Source: Saccharofermentanales bacterium (GTDB lineage: Bacteria; Bacillota; Clostridia; Saccharofermentanales; DTU023). From it: a stretch of 64,000 nt of DNA. The stretch covers positions 7,677 to 71,676 of the forward strand of contig JBBAEW010000003.1 in the NCBI GenBank assembly GCA_041655695.1, written 5' to 3'. This document shows positions 59,951 to 64,000 of this stretch, piece by piece (the stretch's first letter is position 1; each line of letters begins with the position of its first letter). The notes under the pieces were generated by a model. That model was not told the DNA's origin and did no database searches. It saw nothing but the letters and a program-made list of their open reading frames with translations. The translations under genes were made by a program, and so were the position numbers.

Positions 59951-60644
59951 AGCCTTGATCCAGTCGGCAGCGGCCGGGGCGGGCATTGAGCTTTCGGATG
60001 AAATGATCCGGACTCTTGACTGCTTCATCGAAGAGCTCAAGGATGCCAACCAAAAACTGAACCTGACAGCTATTACGGAAGATGAAGCCATCGCCTCCCG
60101 CCATTTGGAGGACAGCTGGCATGCCGTCCCCCTGATTCCTCCCAAGGCCAGCCTGATGGATATCGGCACCGGGGCGGGCTTCCCAGGCCTGGTCCTGGCC
60201 ATGGTCCGGCCGGACCTTGATGTGACCCTGCTGGACGCCACACGGAAAAAGGTCGACTTCCTCAATGGAATCATTGACAACCTGGGCCTTGAAAAGGTCA
60301 GGGCCGTCTGGGGCAGGGCGGAAGAACTCGCCCATGACCCCTCCTTGCGGGACAGCTTCGACGTAGCCACGGCCCGGGCCCTCACCGCTCTTCCCCAACT
60401 GGTGGAGCTGAGTCTGCCTTTTGTCAGGCCTGGCGGCTCCCTGATCGCCATGAAAGGGGAGGAGAATGAAACGAAAATCGCTTCCCGGGCCATCCGCTTG
60501 ATGCAAGGCTCCCTTGACAGCGTGATCCCCTACTCTTTGCCTGGAAGGGATAAGCCACGTACTCTGGTTGTGATCAGAAAAATCGGCCCCACACCTCCTT
60601 CATATCCGAGGCGGATGGCCGTTATTAAAAAGACTCCCTTGTAA
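59943..60644 (+). CDS. rsmG: 16S rRNA (guanine527-N7)-methyltransferase RsmG
   Basis: NLT.I......RH..DS, the SAM site D.G.GAGFPG and ARA are present. ATG 59943 overlaps the mnmG end. Confidence 0.9.
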   Translation: MDRALIQSAAAGAGIELSDEMIRTLDCFIEELKDANQKLNLTAITEDEAIASRHLEDSWHAVPLIPPKASLMDIGTGAGFPGLVLAMVRPDLDVTLLDATRKKVDFLNGIIDNLGLEKVRAVWGRAEELAHDPSLRDSFDVATARALTALPQLVELSLPFVRPGGSLIAMKGEENETKIASRAIRLMQGSLDSVIPYSLPGRDKPRTLVVIRKIGPTPPSYPRRMAVIKKTPL

Positions 60645-60657
60645 TTGAAGCTTCCAA

Positions 60658-61374
60658 TTATTTCTTTTCGGACCTGATCAGCTGCCTGAGTTTTTTCAGA
60701 CTTTCGTTGTAGCGGGTGGACGTCAGTTTTGGAAAGGAAAGGATCATCCGGCGCACCTGTGAATTGACCCGGTGGAGGGCAGTGGAAGAAACGGAGTTGG
60801 CTCTCACGTAGAATGCTTTGGCTGAGTGAAGGGCCTCGTCAAGGGAATCGGACATACGGCTGAGGATTTTCTCAAATTCAGCAAATTTGGTAAGCGTGTA
60901 GATCACGTCCGCAAGGATGAGCAGGAAGAGAGCCAGTGCCATGGCGAAGCGCAGATTGGCCGGGATTGTGGCTGTCAGGGAAGCCACCGGAGGATGCAGA
61001 AAGCGGATCAGGATGAGGGAGAATAGACCGAATACGATGATTCCCTTCAGGTAGACGCGGCCCTTGATGTTGAATCTTTTTTCCGAATAATCCCACCAGC
61101 GGGCGTGAAAGAGTTTCTCGAGGATCCATGAGGTCAGGTATTCCAGGATGCCGGTCAGGAGGGCCGCTGACAAAAAGAGAAGAAAGGGGTTGGGCAAGTC
61201 ACCCAAGAGGAGGAGGACCAGTACGGCTCCGCAGCCGTAAATGGGGCAGTAGGGCCCGTTGAGAAAGCCACGGTTGATGAAGCTCTTCTGCATGATGGAG
61301 GCCAGTGTGGTTTCGTAAATCCAGCCGACCATGCTGTAAAGAACAAACCATAAAAACCAGCTTTCAAAGTCCAT
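60658..61374 (-). CDS. polytopic membrane protein (ABC_trans_CmpB / DUF1113-like)
   Basis: The N-terminus F.LYS..GW.YE.....I....F.NRGFL.GP.CPIYG.GA is typical of this family of uncharacterised membrane proteins. Confidence 0.6.
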   Translation of the reverse strand: MDFESWFLWFVLYSMVGWIYETTLASIMQKSFINRGFLNGPYCPIYGCGAVLVLLLLGDLPNPFLLFLSAALLTGILEYLTSWILEKLFHARWWDYSEKRFNIKGRVYLKGIIVFGLFSLILIRFLHPPVASLTATIPANLRFAMALALFLLILADVIYTLTKFAEFEKILSRMSDSLDEALHSAKAFYVRANSVSSTALHRVNSQVRRMILSFPKLTSTRYNESLKKLRQLIRSEKK

Positions 61375-61867
61375 TGTTATCGTTTTTCCGCGTTTTAGCC
61401 ATACGCCTCCAGGTTGAGGAAAGCAGCTCTCGGACGGTGCAAAGGCGATCGGCGGTCATGACGATGTAGCTTTCCTTGTAGCACGGGGGGCGGGGATTGA
61501 GAGGAAACATATGCTTGGAAATGATATCCCGCTCGATAGCCGACAGTCTGAAATCGCGTTCTGCGTTTCCCAGGGCTCTTCGGGCGTGGATAAATCCATG
61601 AAGGCGATGGTTCTTATCCGCAACATGCCAGTCATACAGATAGTAGTCATGCAGAAGTGCTCCCCGGATCAGGCTTCGCCTATCTGTCCTGACGCGAAGA
61701 AAACCGGCAAGCCGCACGCTGAGCAAGGCAACTGCGACTGAATGGTCATAGCAACTCACCTCCCCATGTTGGAGGAAGGTTTTCTGGCTTTGCATTCCCC
61801 GCGAGGCCAGGATATCACAGGCGTACTGTTCAAGTAGCTCCGAGCCCGGGCAGCCTTGTTCCTTCAT
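61364..61867 (-). CDS. HD-domain phosphohydrolase
   Basis: H...VA and ..GALLHDYY (the HD dyad) are present, with a further H downstream. I chose ATG 61867 because an AGGAAGGG RBS precedes it. It overlaps the downstream membrane gene by 11 nt. Confidence 0.7.
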   Translation of the reverse strand: MKEQGCPGSELLEQYACDILASRGMQSQKTFLQHGEVSCYDHSVAVALLSVRLAGFLRVRTDRRSLIRGALLHDYYLYDWHVADKNHRLHGFIHARRALGNAERDFRLSAIERDIISKHMFPLNPRPPCYKESYIVMTADRLCTVRELLSSTWRRMAKTRKNDNNGL

Positions 61868-61975
61868 TCCCACACCCTTCCTTTAGCGCCGTCTGGCCAA
61901 ACCTTCAACCCTCGGTCCTTTCCCAGCTTAACACGATCACAGCCTTCTCTGTGGCAGGCGGCTTAAGCCCCTTTA

Positions 61976-61984
61976 TGTTAGAAT
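61976..61984 (+). promoter_or_regulatory. putative extended -10 (TGtTAGAAT) for gyrA
   Basis: tgtTAGAAT lies about 70 nt upstream of the gyrA ATG. The -35 region is weak. Confidence 0.35.
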
Positions 61985-62053
61985 TGATGCAGTAAGTATC
62001 CCTTCGATTTCAAAATATTCCGATCGTATATTCCGGCCGGCAGGGAGGAACAA

Positions 62054-64000
62054 ATGGCTTTGGAGCCAGACAAAAAGAACCACTATCAAATGCGTGAGGC
62101 AGCCGTCGACGAGGCTTTTCAAAATCCGGACAATCTGGTCATTCCCGTTGATGTCGATGAGGAAATGAAAAAATCCTTCATCGATTACGCCATGAGCGTC
62201 ATATCAGACCGGGCCCTTCCCGACGTGCGGGACGGCCTCAAGCCTGTCCACCGCAGGATCCTTTACTCCATGTATACACAGGGATTCACCTGGGACAAGC
62301 CCCACCGCAAGAGCGCGACCACCATCGGTGATGTTCTGGGCCGCTTTCACCCCCACGGGGACGCCAGTGTCTACGATGCCCTGGTCCGCATGGCCCAGGA
62401 TTTTTCCATGCGCCACCCCCTGATTGACGGCCACGGCAACTTCGGTTCACGGGACGGTGACCCGCCTGCGGCCTACCGCTATACGGAAGCCCGCCTGACC
62501 CGCCTTGGCACTGAGATGATGAATGATCTCAACAAGGACACGGTCAATTTTCAGCCCAACTACGACGAGCGCTTCGAGGAACCGGTCGTTTTACCTGCCG
62601 GCTTCCCCAACCTTCTGGTATCGGGGTCGACCGGTATTGCCGTCGGCATGGTAACCAATATTCCGCCCCACAATCTGCGTGAGGTTATTGAAGGGACCAT
62701 CCACCTGATTGATGACCCGGAGACAACGACCGACGATCTCATGGAGTTTATTCCCGCGCCCGATTTTCCAACGGGGGGGCAGATCATGGGTCTTTCGGGT
62801 TCGCGTTCCGCCTACAGGCGGGGGAGGGGGCGGATTGTGGTCCGCGGCCACGCGGATATTGAGGAGACGGCCAACAACCGCTACCGCATCATCATCCGTT
62901 CGCTTCCCTATATGGTCAACAAGGCGCGCCTGATCGAGCGCATGGCCGACCTGGTCAAGGACAAGCGCATTGAAGGCATCTCGGATGTCCGCGACGAATC
63001 GGACCGGCATGACGCAGTCCGCATTGTGGTGGAACTGCGGCGTGACGCGACGCCCATGGTTGTATTGAACCAGCTCTACCGCCACACCCAGCTCCAGGAC
63101 ACCTTCGGCGCCAACATGCTGGCCCTGGTGCCTGAAGACGGCAAATACGTCCCCCAGCAGCTGAGCCTGAAGGAAATACTGGAACATTTTATCGGCCACC
63201 AGCGTGAGGTCATCACGCGCAGGATCAGCTTCGATCTGGAGAAGGCCGAAGCCCGCCTTCACCTTGTTGAAGGACTGCAGCTGGCCATCGACCACATTGA
63301 CGAGGTTATCTCCATTATCCGCTCATCCAAGGATGAGGAGGATGCCAAGACCCGCCTCTGCGAGCGTTTCGAATTCTCCGACAAACAGGCCCAGCACGTG
63401 GTGGACATGAGGCTGGGGCGCCTGTCGGGACTTGAGCGGGACAAGCTCCTGGCTGAAGAGGAAGACCTGAACGGCAAGATCCAGGGCTTCCGCCTGATTC
63501 TGGGCGACAGGGACCGGCTGCACGGCGTCATGAAGGACGAACTGCGGGCTCTCTCTGCCCGTTACGGCGATGACCGGCGGACCGAGATCATCCCCGCCGG
63601 GGAGTACGAGATCGATGATGAGGAACTGATCGAGGAAGAGCAGGTGGTCATTGCCATGACCCACGCGGGCTACATCAAGCGGATGCCGGTGGATGTTTAC
63701 AGCGCCCAGCACAGGGGCGGCCGCGGCATCACCGCCATGCAGCCCCGGGAGGATGATTTTGTCGACACCATCATCATCACCTCCACCCATCAGACCTTGC
63801 TCTTCTTTACCGATTACGGCAAGTGTTACCGGCTCAAGGGTTATCAGATCCCTGAGTCCGGCCGCATGGCCCGCGGCATGGCCATTGTCAACCTCCTGCA
63901 TCTGGACCCGGAGGAGAAGGTCCGGACCCTGATCAAGATCGATTCCTTCGACCAGGGCGGCTACCTGGTGACGGCGACTGCCCGGGGCATGGTCAAGAAG
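62054..64000 (+). CDS. gyrA: DNA gyrase subunit A, N-terminal 649 codons (3' end outside window)
   Basis: It is absent from the ORF track because there is no stop in the window. DYAMSVISDRALPDVRDGLKPVHRRILY and HPHGD are present. The catalytic Tyr sits in AAYRYTEARL. The GyrA box QHRGGRG (63707-63727) favours GyrA over ParC. The RBS is AGGGAGG. Confidence 0.9.
   Translation, partial: MALEPDKKNHYQMREAAVDEAFQNPDNLVIPVDVDEEMKKSFIDYAMSVISDRALPDVRDGLKPVHRRILYSMYTQGFTWDKPHRKSATTIGDVLGRFHPHGDASVYDALVRMAQDFSMRHPLIDGHGNFGSRDGDPPAAYRYTEARLTRLGTEMMNDLNKDTVNFQPNYDERFEEPVVLPAGFPNLLVSGSTGIAVGMVTNIPPHNLREVIEGTIHLIDDPETTTDDLMEFIPAPDFPTGGQIMGLSGSRSAYRRGRGRIVVRGHADIEETANNRYRIIIRSLPYMVNKARLIERMADLVKDKRIEGISDVRDESDRHDAVRIVVELRRDATPMVVLNQLYRHTQLQDTFGANMLALVPEDGKYVPQQLSLKEILEHFIGHQREVITRRISFDLEKAEARLHLVEGLQLAIDHIDEVISIIRSSKDEEDAKTRLCERFEFSDKQAQHVVDMRLGRLSGLERDKLLAEEEDLNGKIQGFRLILGDRDRLHGVMKDELRALSARYGDDRRTEIIPAGEYEIDDEELIEEEQVVIAMTHAGYIKRMPVDVYSAQHRGGRGITAMQPREDDFVDTIIITSTHQTLLFFTDYGKCYRLKGYQIPESGRMARGMAIVNLLHLDPEEKVRTLIKIDSFDQGGYLVTATARGMVKK

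Overview
GC-rich Bacillota (Clostridia-like) core chromosome, densely packed with about 52 protein genes. I saw no tRNA or rRNA genes, CRISPR arrays, transposases, integrases or phage genes. Gene content, left to right: thrC (3' end); a large HerA/YjgR-like ATPase; lplA; a nudix-mazG-yabO-divIC cluster; nfo; a DUF5058 membrane-protein pair; trkHA; an M42 peptidase; an aspS-gatA-gatB operon; patatin; sbcDC; a serC-like/serA/DUF1015 cluster; dusB; a tryptophanase-family lyase; an EF-G2 paralog; a CNNM/CorC protein; a PrsA-like PPIase; a MurT-like/GatD-like pair; rpoB-rpoC; ctsR-mcsA-mcsB-clpC with a textbook CtsR operator; folD; rpmH-rnpA-yidD-yidC-jag-mnmE-mnmG-rsmG; a two-gene membrane/HD insert; and gyrA (5' part). 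Many N-terminally over-extended ORF-track calls were trimmed to internal starts that have Shine-Dalgarno sites. rpmH (45 codons) and gyrA (runs off the window) are missing from the ORF track and were found by reading the sequence. I did not find a self-contained novel system such as a defence island, mobile element or RNA array; this is ordinary housekeeping DNA. The observations most worth a second look are: (1) AspRS fused in frame to GatC upstream of gatAB; (2) a MurT-like/GatD-like pair whose GatD-like partner lacks the glutaminase Cys and His and whose MurT-like partner lacks the DNAADGRD-type motif; (3) an orphan 829-aa HerA/YjgR-like P-loop ATPase with a proline-rich linker and a coiled-coil C-terminal module; (4) DUF1015 translationally coupled to serA; (5) the DUF5058 operon with a roughly 130-nt leader; and (6) several breaks of canonical Bacillota synteny around rpoBC and the rpmH-rsmG cluster. 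Family assignments are motif recognition by eye and memory; no database search was run.
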